Below are positions 12,522-25,586 of a DNA stretch of 64,000 nt, piece after piece; position 1 is the stretch's first letter, and each line of letters opens with the position of its first letter. Under the pieces are notes generated by a model. It did not search any database. It was not told where the DNA came from and worked only from the letters and a program-made list of their open reading frames with translations. This DNA is from Eledone cirrhosa (Eukaryota): contig OZ024740.1 of the NCBI GenBank assembly GCA_964016885.1, forward strand, positions 388,368,001 to 388,432,000. Reading direction: 5' to 3'. The translations under genes were made by a program, and so were the position numbers.

Positions 12522-15500
12522 CGTGTGTAACTTCGCGGAGAAGTTTCCGTTAATTTATGTAAGAAAAAGAAGTGAGTTTTTAGTTAAATTTTATATCACT
12601 GTGTAACTTTACTCCCCGTCTGAACCTTCAGGTGGTGGGTCAACTCATTTTCGCCCCTACAGGGGCGGAATATCCATTTGAAAATTTTTTCTCCATCGAA
12701 TCTTGGAAAAAATATTGTAAAATTTTGATTACGTTATGAACGCTGCGTCCAACGATAATGGTGGTGGAGAGGCGGTAAGACTACCAAGCTCGCAGTCAAC
12801 AACGTCTTCTTCACTAGATACTATAGAGATGGAAAGACGAAATGAAAACGTAAAAACGAATTCATACCCAAACAACACAAATGACACCAAACAATTCAAT
12901 GACAACAAAAATAACAGCAACACCAATAATGATGATAAAAGCAACAATGATAACACCAACAAAGAAAAAAATTAAGACAACACCAATAACACCAGCATCA
13001 AAGACAACAACAACACCAAAGAAAATACGGATAATACCAACATCGGTGACAACAAGAATAACAACAAGAATAACAACAATAATGACAACACCACCAATAC
13101 GGATTCCACAAAGAAACCAAAAATCTCCTTGGCAGAGAAAGTTCAAAAAAGGAAGAATTGATATATCTCGACATAACAAATGCTGAACAACTTTTAAAGG
13201 ACGCTAGGAGATATGTCAGTTTCGAAAAAAATGGTGCTTTCGGCATCAATTCTCCGGTAGAAATTCGCAAGGAAACTGCTCTCAAAAGGATAGTTTTTAG
13301 GACAGTTTCCAATTCTACCCGAAAACCAGTCCAATTGTCACAGAAAGATATTGAACTGGTTTTCAAAGATTCAATGAATGATATTGCATTCATTCAAAGA
13401 AGCACACTTTTTGGGAGTATTTCGGTACTCATGAAGGATAAATTGACGGCCCAAAATTACTCTGTGTCGCCAATTGTATCCAACCTGTACACCTTTTTCC
13501 CTACATAGATGGGAAAAAGGACACAAAAGATCAGAATCACGAGTGTCACACCAAAGGTGAACATATGGTGGATACTGTGCGGCTTCATCAATTTTGATGA
13601 AGACAGAATACTGTCAGTAGACAAGTCCCCCAGAGATGTATTCAATGGGACTAGCATTGAAGTTCTGGTGCAAATGAGCCCAGAGCGAATAGTTATGATC
13701 CCACAGCGTGTACTCCAGGACGGACTCACCTACATACACTTTTCGGTTGAGGGTAGGCGGCCTTCATGTTACCATTGCTTTAGCAGGGGTCACCTGAGGG
13801 CTTCCTGTCCTAAATTAATGAACCAAAAAAAGGCTCTTCTGCCGACACCCATCAAAACAACACAACCACCAACACCACCACAACAACAACACCATACACA
13901 AAAATAACCACAACAAACACAGTCCCACCCAACCCCACTCCACCTAAAACCACTGCAAAATCACGTACAGACACAACAGCTCCCCAAGACATACCCCTCC
14001 CCAATCACACAGACGATACAACAGATGAGGCTATCTCGCCATCACCCAGTGAAGACGAGGGAGAACCCCATCGCTCGAAAAGAAAGAAAAGACATCACGA
14101 AAGCAAAAAGCCAGCAAACACTACCACAAACATACAACCACCAACACAAGAAAATTACACTTACACTTACATAAACACTGAAAACAAAAACACTAATGGA
14201 GACAATCACGAACGACCCTTCGGTTTTCACCGAAGGGAAAACTTTCGCCCACTCCATTAAAAATAGCAAAAAAATGAACCTAAAACTGATTAGGGTCCCT
14301 ATACAAATTTATAGGTCCCTAAAAGAAACATTTGAGAAGGATGTGGGGAATTCCTGCGTGAAACCACTCAACCGCGTCCTTCTCAAATGCCTCCCCACCC
14401 CAGACACCCCCATCCCACCAGACCCCACCCCACCAAACATCTGCGTCCCCACCCCGCCGGAAACCACCACCCATCCAGACAACCCCCCCAACACCCCCAT
14501 GGAAATTCGTGCGGCCTGGTCCCCAGGAGACGAAGGGTGAGTGATCTCTTTTCCTCTTTTAACTTTTCAGGACCAACATGGCCAATATAAGAGTTGGATG
14601 TGTGAACGTACGCGACCTGGGGATGCCCTGGAAACAGGGCAAACTCTTAAACGACCTCAGGTCGCACAGTATGGATGTGGTAGCCATTTGCGAGTCCAGG
14701 ATCCACGGCGAGCGACAGCTGGACCCCATCTTCGATGACTTTGAGATCTACGCATCTCTCTGTCAACCGGGGGGTGGGGGCGGAGTTGCCGTTTTGCTGC
14801 GGAAACACCTGGGCCTCGTAACACAGACGGTACATCTGGACCCGGAGGGTCGACTGGTGGTCCTAGACGTTGACGGTAGTGAAGGTGGAGCGTTCAGGCT
14901 GGTGGCCGCATATGCCCCATCCAGGACACCGCATACAGACTTCTTCAAACGTCTAGAGACTTTTCTGGGAACGTCCCGCTCCTTGCTTTTAGTGGGGGAC
15001 TGGAATGGAATCCTAGATGCACGTTGGGACTATGTGGGAGCATGTCCTGATAAAGGGAGGTGTAACAGCCTCAAACAGTTAATCGACCGATTTGACCTGG
15101 CCGATAGATATCGACTAGATTTTCCGACTGCGCCACTGTGGACGTGGAGTAATCGTAGCGGAACATCTAGATCGTACCTAGATAGGGTTCTAGTTAGAAA
15201 TAAGGATAGGGACATGTTAAGCTGTCCACAAATGTTCATGGTTGCCTATTCAGATCACAAACTAGTGACCTGCATGGCCAACCTTGATAGAACCCATACA
15301 CAAGGACCCAGCTACTGGAAGCTGAACTTGTCGTTACCGACAAGCAAAGCCTACAGTAGACGGATTAGCACTTTAGTTAAACAGCACTTGACAGGGGCCA
15401 TTGTCAACAACAGATGGTGGTACTCTCTCAAGAGGGCAGTTAGATTAGACTCGATAGTTTTTAGTAAAGAATTAGCGTTAGATAGAAATAGAACCGAGAA

Positions 15501-17795
15501 GGAACTGGTAGATAAAGTAGAAGAGGCAATTAGAAGTGGCAACGTAGCCAGCGTGCTAGCAACGAGAACCGCCTTGGACCAGTTCTTCGACGCAAAGCAC
15601 GAGGGCTGCGTTGTCAGAAGAAAAATACGTGCTCTGGGAAACGAGGGAGCCAAAGTTGTTAGCTGGGCCCGAGTGACGGAGGCAAAAAGTGGCAACAAGT
15701 CCACGATTCGGTCTTTGAAGGACCAAAACGGACGCGTGATACGTGAGCCGAAGCAGATGTGTGCGGCTTTTCAGCGGCACTTTGCTCAGCTGTTCGGGGG
15801 CGGGGGCGCGCCGGGAGAGGATATGGATTACGGTCCATACCTCGACGGCCTACCGCGACTCTCGGACAGCGAGGCAAAGTTCTGCGAAAAGCCTTTTTCA
15901 GCCACTGAGATAAGGGACGCGCTGAGCCAATGCGGCAAACGCAAATCTCCAGGTCTCGACGGTCTACCCTACGAATTTTACGTAGCAATGCCGGACTTAT
16001 TCTCCGGTCTCCTGGAAGCGGTGTACGGCAACTGGCAACAGAACGGGAGAATTCCCAGTTCTGTAACCGGGGCGTGGTCACACTAATCAGGAAGGACGAG
16101 AATAAGGGGGATGACATAGGCAACTTCCGGCCCATAACTCTGCTAAACACAGAGTTACAGATTTTGGCCAAGGTGTTGGCAAAGAGGCTGGCGCTTGTCA
16201 TCGAGAACCTAGTGGGAGAAGCGCAGACATGCGTAATCCCGACCAGGTACATACACAACAACCTCCACCTCATGCGATACATCATAGAGAGGGTAGGGTG
16301 TAAACCCGGCTTCGGTGGGGCCCTGATCAACTTGGATCAGTCTAAGGCTTTCGATAGGGTTGACCATCGTTACCTGGATACGGTGCTCGAGGTGGCAGGC
16401 TTCGGACCCGTGTTCAGGGGCTGGATTGCTGCAATGCACAACAGCAACATCTGCTCAAGGGTCAAGGTGAACGGCTACCTCTCGGAGCCGTTCCATATTA
16501 CGCGATCCATTCGTACGTACTGACTCTCGAGCCACTACTGCGGAAGCTGGAGCTATTGCAGAGCATCCCTCTGGAACCGGGACTGCGCAAAGCGGCGTCG
16601 GCCTACGCCAACGACGTTACAGTAATGGTGTCGAGCGCCTCGCAAATCGAGGAAGTCGGCACCTTACTGAAGGAATACGAAAGTCTCACAGGAGCGAAGC
16701 TGAACCGGGACAAGTCCATCGGTTTGCAACTCGGATCGTGGGGAGGCAAACCGATGCCTTCCGATGGCGTCGTCGGACGCTGGACGGAAGGACCGGTAAA
16801 GCTGCTCGGGGTCTGGTTTGGTCCGGACCTCCAGGTGGAGAAGAACTGGAACGAAGTGACGGCCAAGGTGTTTGCACTCACCCAGAAGTGGGCCGAGTGC
16901 AAACTATCCTTGAAAGGTAGAGCGGAGGTGGCGAACACTTTTATAGCGTCCGCCATCTACTACCGCTTGACCGTCGTGCCTTGTCCAGCCAAAACGCTCG
17001 CCAAAATAGAGCGCGCGCTCTTCCGATTCCTTTGGAAGAGGCGGGCTCCTTTGGTGAGAAGATCCATCTGCTGCCAACACCCTTCTAACGGAGGGCTGGG
17101 GTTGCCGTGTTTGACGATGCGCAAACACGCGCTCAGGCTGCGGCATCTCTACGTATTCCTCACCGGACAACCGGTGTGGGCCCCGTTCGTGAGGCGAGCC
17201 TTCCCACGACTCGTCTCGTTGACCGAGCTGCAGTCCTGGGTCAAGCAAAGACTGAGGAAAATGGGCGACTGGCACATCGAATGTGCTCAGGCGCTCACAG
17301 CCCTCTGGCAGGCGGACCCGGCGATCAGTGGAGACTCCACTTCGTCATTCTATAGAGGGTTGGTCCGCAGCAAGTGCGACGACGCGCTCGGTGAAACTCT
17401 AGGCGTAAAGGAAGATGAACTGGCCAGTCTGTTCGGTAGGACCTTCCGCCCGGGACCGATGGACAACTTCCAAAAGTCCCTGGCCTGGCAGTGCTACCGA
17501 GGAGCTTTACCAGTTAGAGACAAGCTCTGCAGACATGGGCGCCCGGGCAGGGACCCTGCAAAAAAGATCTGTCCGAGATGCGTGCGAGACGAAGAAACCG
17601 TCGCGCACGCATTCATACACTGCCCGGGCGTCACTGACCTGTGGGGCTATGTAGAACGACTATGAAGAGAGAGGTGCTGTACCTCAGCAAGTTTTATGAA
17701 AGGTGGGTGAAAGTGGCGAGAATGGCCCGAGTGAATGGGCCTTCTCTCTATATCAGCCTGTAGGTTGAGGAAAAGGAGGAGGAGAGGAAAGGAAA
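12517..17795 (+). mobile_element. Full-length but disabled Tx1/L1 LINE, subfamily A copy 2 (includes 5'UTR)
   Basis: Begins tcagacgtgtg after (TA)n. ORF1 runs 12736-14540 with stops and frameshifts. ORF2 runs 14578-17763 in pieces (YADD changed to YAND; deletions at ~16513 and ~17663). Confidence 0.93.
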
Positions 17796-17797
17796 GG

Positions 17798-18714
17798 ATT
17801 CTTCTTCACTAGATACTATAGAGATGGAAAGACGAAATGAAAATGTAAAAACGAATTCATATCCAAACAACACAAATGACCCCAAACAATTCAATGACAA
17901 CAAAAATAACAGCAACACCAATAATGATGATAAAAGCAACAATGATAACAACAACAAAGAAAAAAATAAAGACAACACCAATAACACGAGCATCAAAGAC
18001 AACAACAACACCAAGGAAAATACGAATAATACCAACATCGGTGACAACAAGAATAACAACAACAATAACAACAATAATGACAACACCACCAATACGGATT
18101 CCACAAAGAAACCAAAAATCTCCTTTGCAGAGAAAGTTTAAAAAAAGGAGGAATTGATATATCTCGACATAACAAATGCTGAACAACTTTTAAAGGACGC
18201 TAGGAGATATGTCACTTTCGAAAAAAATGGTGCTTTCAGCATCAATTCTCCGGTAGAAATTCGCAAGGAAACTGCTCTCAAAACGATAGTTTTTTTAACA
18301 GTTACCAATTCTACCCGAAAATCAGTCCAACAACTGATTCTTTCTTTCAAATACCACTTTGGAAGAATAATCAGGATGGAGAGAGAGGTGCTGTACCCCA
18401 GCAAGTTTTATGAAAGGTGGGTGAAAGTAGCGAGAATGACCCGAGTGAATGGGCCTTCTCTCTATATCAGCCTGTAGGTTGAGGAAAAGGAGGTGGAGAG
18501 GAAAGGAGTACAAACTCTTCGTACTCCTGGAGATGAGGGTTGCACATTTTTTCGGGGGTATGTGTTACCCATATAAACTGTCTCCCTCTATTGGGGAAAA
18601 TCGACTAACTTTTTAAATTCCATTTGTGATAACATTTTACACGTTTTTATTGTATGTAAACTTCCCTCTTTGTATTTGTCCCCTTCTTTTGTGCCCCTGT
18701 GGCTAATAAAGAAA
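17798..18714 (+). mobile_element. Internally deleted derivative of Tx1 subfamily A (ORF1 5' part fused to ORF2 3' end + 3'UTR)
   Basis: 17798-18330 matches ORF1 (~4589-5120). At 'ccaa' it jumps to the sequence of ~9735-10121. Confidence 0.88.
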
Positions 18715-19483
18715 CATATCTATCTATCTATATATCTATATATCTACCTATCTCTCTCAATATATATAACTTTGATAACATTGATAAGTTTCGGCCAGTA
18801 TTGGCCCAAGCCATGTCTAATTTAAGAGCACCACCTGGCGTCGTCTTTCAAATCAGGATTTGGACACCATGGCTCACTCAAGTACTGAGTTATTGTATCC
18901 GAGATTTATTGGAGGAATTTGTCCAAAGACCTTTTCATTTTGATGAGGTCTGTTTCTGTTTTAATGTGTTTTGATGTTATATTAAAGAGAGCGGGATCAG
19001 TTGAGGTGAAATACATATATATGACGTATCTTTACCAAATCACTGCCACTGTATTCACTATATAACTATGATGTGCCACTTTGAAAATCGAGATGCAGTT
19101 TCACAACTGCAAACTTATTGTCTCGTTGAGTGAGTGGGGTCTCCGTCATGCAAAGCCCGTCTGTCTTCACTGCATAACGCAGACGATATTCTCAAGACAA
19201 GGAAAGAGAACGAGAGAGAAAGTGAAAAAATGAGATAAAACCGGTATAATATGGGTAATTTATAAATCAACGTTGAAGGGATCAAATATTGGTGGGACAT
19301 GAAAGCAGAGTGCAGTGCGATGGAATAAATACCGAGGTATTTCCAATCTTATACGCTAACGACTGTATAATTACGTCGATTAATTATGAATATATACAAC
19401 TGCTATTAAGTATGAATGTACGATTGTTTGTATCTCTCTATATATATATATAAATATTTGTATGCATGTGATTTGTATAAGTT

Positions 19484-19589
<106 letters not shown>

Positions 19590-19667
19590 ACGAAGGAGGT
19601 GTGGTAAGGAACCAGATGGACCATAACGCACCAGAGTACTCAATACTTAGGGTAGTAGAGTGGGTAA

Positions 19668-19784
19668 TAGGAAAATATTTAACCCCGACTGCAGAGTCAA
19701 GCCGTTTCGACGGCTATTTTGGGACTTGAGTCCAGAAATAGCCGTCGAAACGGCTTGAGCTCTGCCGTCAGGGTTAAACATTTT

Positions 19785-19788
<4 letters not shown>
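19668..19788. repeat. 121-bp palindrome containing the 3' half of a hammerhead (Penelope-terminus-like)
   Basis: taggaaaat...aagccgtttcgacggctattt pairs with aaatagccgtcgaaacggctt...attttccta. The right arm has GAAA-cggc...gccgt-C. A similar sequence occurs at 48340-48380. Confidence 0.8.
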
Positions 19789-19843
<55 letters not shown>

Positions 19844-19965
19844 GGAAAAAATAAAACGAAATTTCATTTCTCTCTCTTAGTACGGCTGTTACTTAAATAT
19901 AAGTATGTATACATACATACATATATGTATACAGACGTACAGTAGTATGTATATATATACATACA

Positions 19966-20039
<74 letters not shown>

Positions 20040-20158
20040 ACGTATGGATTTACCGAGCATTTATTATAATGCTCGGTTTGTTTGTAAACAAACATCCCAA
20101 ATTAAACCGTACAGTGTTTAGCAACCATCGTTGCCCTTTTGTTCAACACTGACAAAGG

Positions 20159-20203
20159 AACGATGTACTGGTTTCAAGCTTATTAGCTATCGTCAGCACC
20201 GTA
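20159..20203 (-). ncRNA. Type I hammerhead ribozyme
   Basis: Minus strand: acggtg-CTGACGA-tagctaataagctt-GAAA-ccagt-A-catcgt. Confidence 0.75.
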
Positions 20204-20703
20204 TACCTTCCTGCCAGATGATTGAACGTCTGAAAGTATATACATTCCTTACGCATATTAACGGCTGAGCAGCCTAATTTGCATATCGAGTGGGTTAATC
20301 GGCCGGACGCACCGAAAACGATAAATGGAAAAAATGAAACGAAATTTCATTTCTCACTCTTAGTACGGCTGTTACTTAAATATAAGTATGTATACGTACA
20401 TACATATATGTATACAGACGTACAGCAGTATGTATATATATATACATACATGCACACATATATATATATATATATATATGTACGTATGGATTTGCCGAAC
20501 AATTATTATAATGCTCGGTTTGTTTGTAAACAAACATCCGGAATTAAGCCATACAGTGAAATTTCGTTTCATTTTTTCCATTTATCGTTTTCAGCACGCC
20601 CGGCCGATTAACTCACTCGATATGCAAATTAGGCTGCTCAGCTGTTAATATGCATAAGGAAAGTATATACTTTCAGACGTTCAATCATCTGGCAGGAAGG
20701 TAT

Positions 20704-20746
20704 ACGGTGCTGGCGATAGCTAATAAGCTTGAAACTAGTACATCGT
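20704..20746 (+). ncRNA. Type I hammerhead, core mutated (CTGGCGA), probably inactive
   Basis: acggtg-CTGGCGA-tagctaataagctt-GAAA-ctagt-A-catcgt. Confidence 0.6.
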
Positions 20747-20933
20747 TCCTTTGTCAGTGTTGAACAAAAGGGCAACGATGGTTGCTAAACACTGTACGGC
20801 TTAATTCGGGTTGTTTGTTTACAAACAAACCGAGCATTATAATAAGTGCTCGGTATATATATATGTGTGCATGTATGTATATATATACATACTACTGTAC
20901 GTCTGTATACATATATGTATATACGTATACATA

Positions 20934-20996
<63 letters not shown>

Positions 20997-22709
20997 AGTG
21001 CACCATTGAAAACGCTGGGCGAATACAGGCCGAAACCACTATGCATTGCGGCTGGCATTTTACTTTCCTTTATAAATATACGGAATATTGCCTGTGAACG
21101 TTAACTGGAAAAGCGCAACACTGTTCTGAATAGATGAATTGAATGTCATATGTATTTCTTCCTTCACTTTTATTATTAGCGGTATTTTTTCAAACCTTTA
21201 TCTAACGTAGCTTTATGATTATCAACATAAATGAGAGTCAGGCAACAAAACACTTCTTTGCGACCTCATGACAAGCACTGACAAAATCGGCAATGCAAGA
21301 TAATTCCAAGAAAAATGAAACTCTCGGTATAATTTAGCAGTTCGATATCAGAATGGAGATCACTGTGGGGAACAGTTGTATTAGGTTTATTATGGTTTTA
21401 AATGTATGGACATAAGTATAATGCAATATTATACTATCAGAATAGCAAGCGCTGAAAATATTAATGTCTTACTCATATGTTCTGTAAACATTAAATATAA
21501 GCCTGAACTGCGCACTACTATATTTAATATATATTTTTTAAATGAGCAGTATCATAAATAATCAGGATGAATAGATTCATAGGGAAATTGGGGACACTAT
21601 CTAAAACAGAGAGAAGCCTATGTTTCAAAATATTGCTGTATGATTATCATTGAAAATATTTCACCTTAGGTTAATCTTATTGGAAGAGGGAAATTGATTT
21701 TCCTGCTTTGATCTTTAGAATTGCATTACTTTCTGATCTTATGAAGGAACATATTTCAATAAAAAAGGAAATGATAAAGCTATTTTCGATATTATATTAA
21801 AACTTTTGTTGTTATATTTCAATTATGCTGACTATTTTTCTTAGATAAATTTAGCAGCTTTAAAATTCCTGAACATCAGCTTTTCAATTTATTAAATATG
21901 TAATATATTCTTTGCTTCTCAGAAGGACAAAGTCATATCACTTACCCCTCACGGACAGTATCATTTCACGCAGTGTCTAGTGCCTTTTAGAAATGTCTCA
22001 ACATACAAACGTTATATTCACTCAGCTCTAAAACGCAATGCAAACATTATCATTATTTACCGACGAAGGATGGTGATTTCCAAGAAATCACCATTTCTGT
22101 GACTGACACAAAAAATGTTTCTTTCCTCGGTGGATTTACATCTACGCCAGAAATTACTCCTATTTTCCTTGACTAAACGTTAAAATTCGCTTGCAGTCAC
22201 CTTCTTAAAATATAGTACTTTTGTTTCCACTCAAAAATATCCACATAATAACTAAACTAATAAAACGAACCTGACACACACAGATAGAACAAGTACACAA
22301 CTAGTGACAAATAAATAAACGTATAAATAAATAAACAAACATATGTATTGTATTAAAATAGATAAGGAAAATAGAAACACACAGAAACACACACACGAAT
22401 CCGCGGATATAATGCATGTGCAGCCCAATTACACAGCTCACAAAAGCAAGATTGTGTCGGACAGAACAAAGGGAAAGACACAAAATAACAACAAAAGTAG
22501 TTATTGAAGAGGTCACAGAATGTGTGACGAATGACAATCAATTAAACAACTATCCGATTATTAAACTAACCGACTCAGAAGAGAAAACCGACAGGTACGT
22601 TTTATTGACAGCATGACCCTCCCAAAGTATAACTATATGTTTCAATACACATTTTCAGATAAGAAAGTTTGCAAAACAAATATAAGAAAGAAGTAGACAC
22701 ACACACGTG

Positions 22710-22770
<61 letters not shown>

Positions 22771-23378
22771 GGTGGCTGCCAACTCATTTTCGAGTATGGC
22801 CACTACTTTATATCCATGTAGGAGAACCCCTACCGATGCGCTGAACGAGTGTGACTTTTGAGTCCAGCCAGCGACTTGAAAACTCTGGTACAAACACTAC
22901 ACCTGTGACAATTATTGACACACAGTGCTGGGCCCATGGTACCATGTGACGACAAGTGCAGAGAGATCTCCAGATATAAAGCAATGCCTGTGCCGTGAAG
23001 CTTTTATAGTGAGCAAAGGCACTGCACAAAGCCAGTTCCACTCTCTTAACCAAGATTATATTTACCAAAAAGAAGAACAAGTCAACATCATTGGATACCA
23101 TCAGGATTGCAGGTGTTATATCAGAGTTTTCCTTCTCCTAGAATTCTGCCTTGACAAAGGCTAAGGGGTCATCTCTCCCGGTGATTTTGGATGGCCATTG
23201 ACTCTTAAGAGCTCCTTTGCCCTTTGACAGGTTTTGTTTTTAGTCCTGCAGGATGTCCAAAGTCACCCTCCTCACCAAGAAAACTTGGTGGGGTTGCCAG
23301 TTTAGTCGCGAACGACCCGACCATGAAACAGGTTGTACTGGGATACATGTTACCAGTAGCACCAACTGGTGACCTGAC
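22771..23378 (-). mobile_element. Non-coding interspersed repeat, possibly RTE-5'UTR-derived or SINE-like
   Basis: Bounded by (TA)n on both sides. Homologous to 58606-58645 plus 62753-63035 (cgagtatggcca; gcaatgcctgtgc; aaaagaagaa.a.gtcaacatcat; ccttctcctagaa). Confidence 0.55.
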
Positions 23379-23409
<31 letters not shown>

Positions 23410-25138
23410 CTACAACATTCCATCACACTTTCTGTCTAATAACTTCGGCTCAAGGCAGTGGTATTCTGTCAGCCCGAGGTTCTCGTGTGACGCAATCAAA
23501 CTATGTGATTTCAAATTGATATATTTATCTACACTGTCATACAAACGCCTATTGTTTAAGTCTTAAACACAATTTGAGGATATTACGCAACACCATCAAG
23601 CATTATGCGAACATTCTCTTCACCAATGAAGTATTCTGCACAAATGCAACAGCTAACAATCTAAAGTAAGAGAAAGTTTAACATTAATTGAAAAAAGTTT
23701 TCTATAAATTTTTCACAAAGGTTGAAAGAGATTAAATCATGTACTCAACAGAGCTGGATTTGACAACAGAAATCAGCGAAAGATTGTATTTGAGTTCTGG
23801 AAGAAAATTTAAAATGGAAACGAACAAAACTGTTCAATAGAAAAATTGAAAGAGAAATCGGATACAAACTTTTTATTATCATTAAATATGCACATAGGAT
23901 ATTGAGGGAGAAACTTCAGCGATAAAAAAAGAACTACGCCATTAGTATTTTGTTTCTCAGCATTGTGAGCGATAAATTAGATTTTGATGGGAAGAGAAAG
24001 ACTGTTTTCTTTATTCACTTGTTCAGTTGTATTGTATGCCATTGTTTGTAACGCCGAATTCAACTAATTGTATATTAACTCGTATTCCGTTTGCAGCACA
24101 TATACTGTTCCAGCAAAATATTGATCTGGTTAAATATTTTTTCTGACTTAGTCAAAGAATGAATGGCAATTTTGACATATTGTAGGTCTTGTGTGACTGT
24201 TAGGGTAAAGATAAGAAGAAATCATGAGTCAATAATTACTGCCAACAGGTGGTGATTCTCATTTAAATATTGTGCGGACATCATATGCTAGTATTAGTTA
24301 ATAATTCTCACACATTTACACAGATAGCTGTGGAATGCGCAGAGATTAAAATACTTACAGTGAGACTTATGTACAGTTATTATGCATAAATATATATATC
24401 ATTTCATACACATTTCATTCGCAAATAATGCGGCCTTCGCGGTTTAGTAATCATAAACATTAGCACTACTACGCCACGTCCTAATGTTTATGAATAATAC
24501 ACCATGAAGGGCGCACTACTTGAAAATGAGCAGCTCCAAAAATGTATAATCTACGAAATACTTATATAAGTCCCTAACATATGTACCTCAGTACTGAGTG
24601 AGTAACTTCTGTTGAGTAATGATTATGAAATACTATCATTTTGTGTTCTCAGATGGCTACTGAAGTAGTTGTGACATGATCATAGCTTAATATATTCACG
24701 GACAAACTTATGTGTCTATATAACAAGGTTGCTCAGTTCTTTGTGGACATTTGCATAGATTTAATAACATGATGTGTAAGTCATGAAAGAAGGGCTTTTT
24801 TTTAAAAGACAAACCGATAGGAATAACATTGGGCCTTATGTTAACTCAATGAATCTGCCGTTACCATCGATGAATGCTACAAAACGAGGTATGAAATGTT
24901 GACATTCCCTAATCAGATGATCTTTATTTTCGACATCGTGCTACTTATGGTGACATCAGAGACCGCCTATCGTAAAAGTATTAGACAGTTTAATTCGTTT
25001 CACGTGCGATACTTACGAGAAATCTGTGTCATCAAATAGTCTGACAAAACCAGAAACAGTAGGATCATTAAACGCTGCCCTGTCACAGGTATGGAGTCAA
25101 ATTTAAATAAACCCTTGAATAGATGAAAAACAAATTTT

Positions 25139-25233
25139 ACCTCAGCGGGATTTGAACTCAAAGAGAAGAAAGCCGGTACGATTACCGCAAATCACTCTAT
25201 CCGACGTTCTAACTACTCTGCCAATTCGCTGCT
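25139..25233 (-). mobile_element. Second degenerate copy of the tRNA-derived SINE head
   Basis: cagcgggatttgaactcaaa and ctgccaat are shared with 2946-3030. Confidence 0.6.
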
Positions 25234-25586
25234 TTCGATGCCATAAGGTAGATAAATAAATAGATACGTTAAGTTAGGTAATACCTCAAAGTAGCATGTG
25301 TTACGATATAACAAATTAGTATCTAAAGGGAACAAACGAAAAGATCGATACTGGAGTCAGGTCCATCACATCGATGAAGACTTCGGGCCGATCATCTGTG
25401 AAACATATGTAACAATACTTTCTTAATACATAGCCATAATTTATTGCGTATTATCGATTTCTTAGGAAATGTGTTTTGTTTTGTCCATGTCTTTTGTTTA
25501 GTGAATGTTTGCGGCAGAGTTCGGAGGCTAATAATTGAAAGTTATAACTTCAAATATATGAAAACCTACATTTGGAAATATTTGCA

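Larger units (their letters stand above)
19840..20938 (-). mobile_element. Hammerhead-bearing ~484-bp tandem unit (1.5 copies + inverted copy); subfamily of the 48.5-52.9 kb satellite
   Basis: Units start at ~19840 and ~20323. Inversion junction at ~20557. Clear homology to the 48534-52891 units. Confidence 0.85.

Noticed and set aside
4514-18513. Antisense and alternate-frame ORFs over the Tx1 elements (and over the RTE at 59-62 kb)
   Set aside because: Shadows of the LINE ORFs and of low-complexity Asn/Thr codons.
24429-24516. Imperfect hairpin (tcataaacattag / ctaatgtttatga)
   Set aside because: Short and degenerate, with no supporting termini or second copy in the window.
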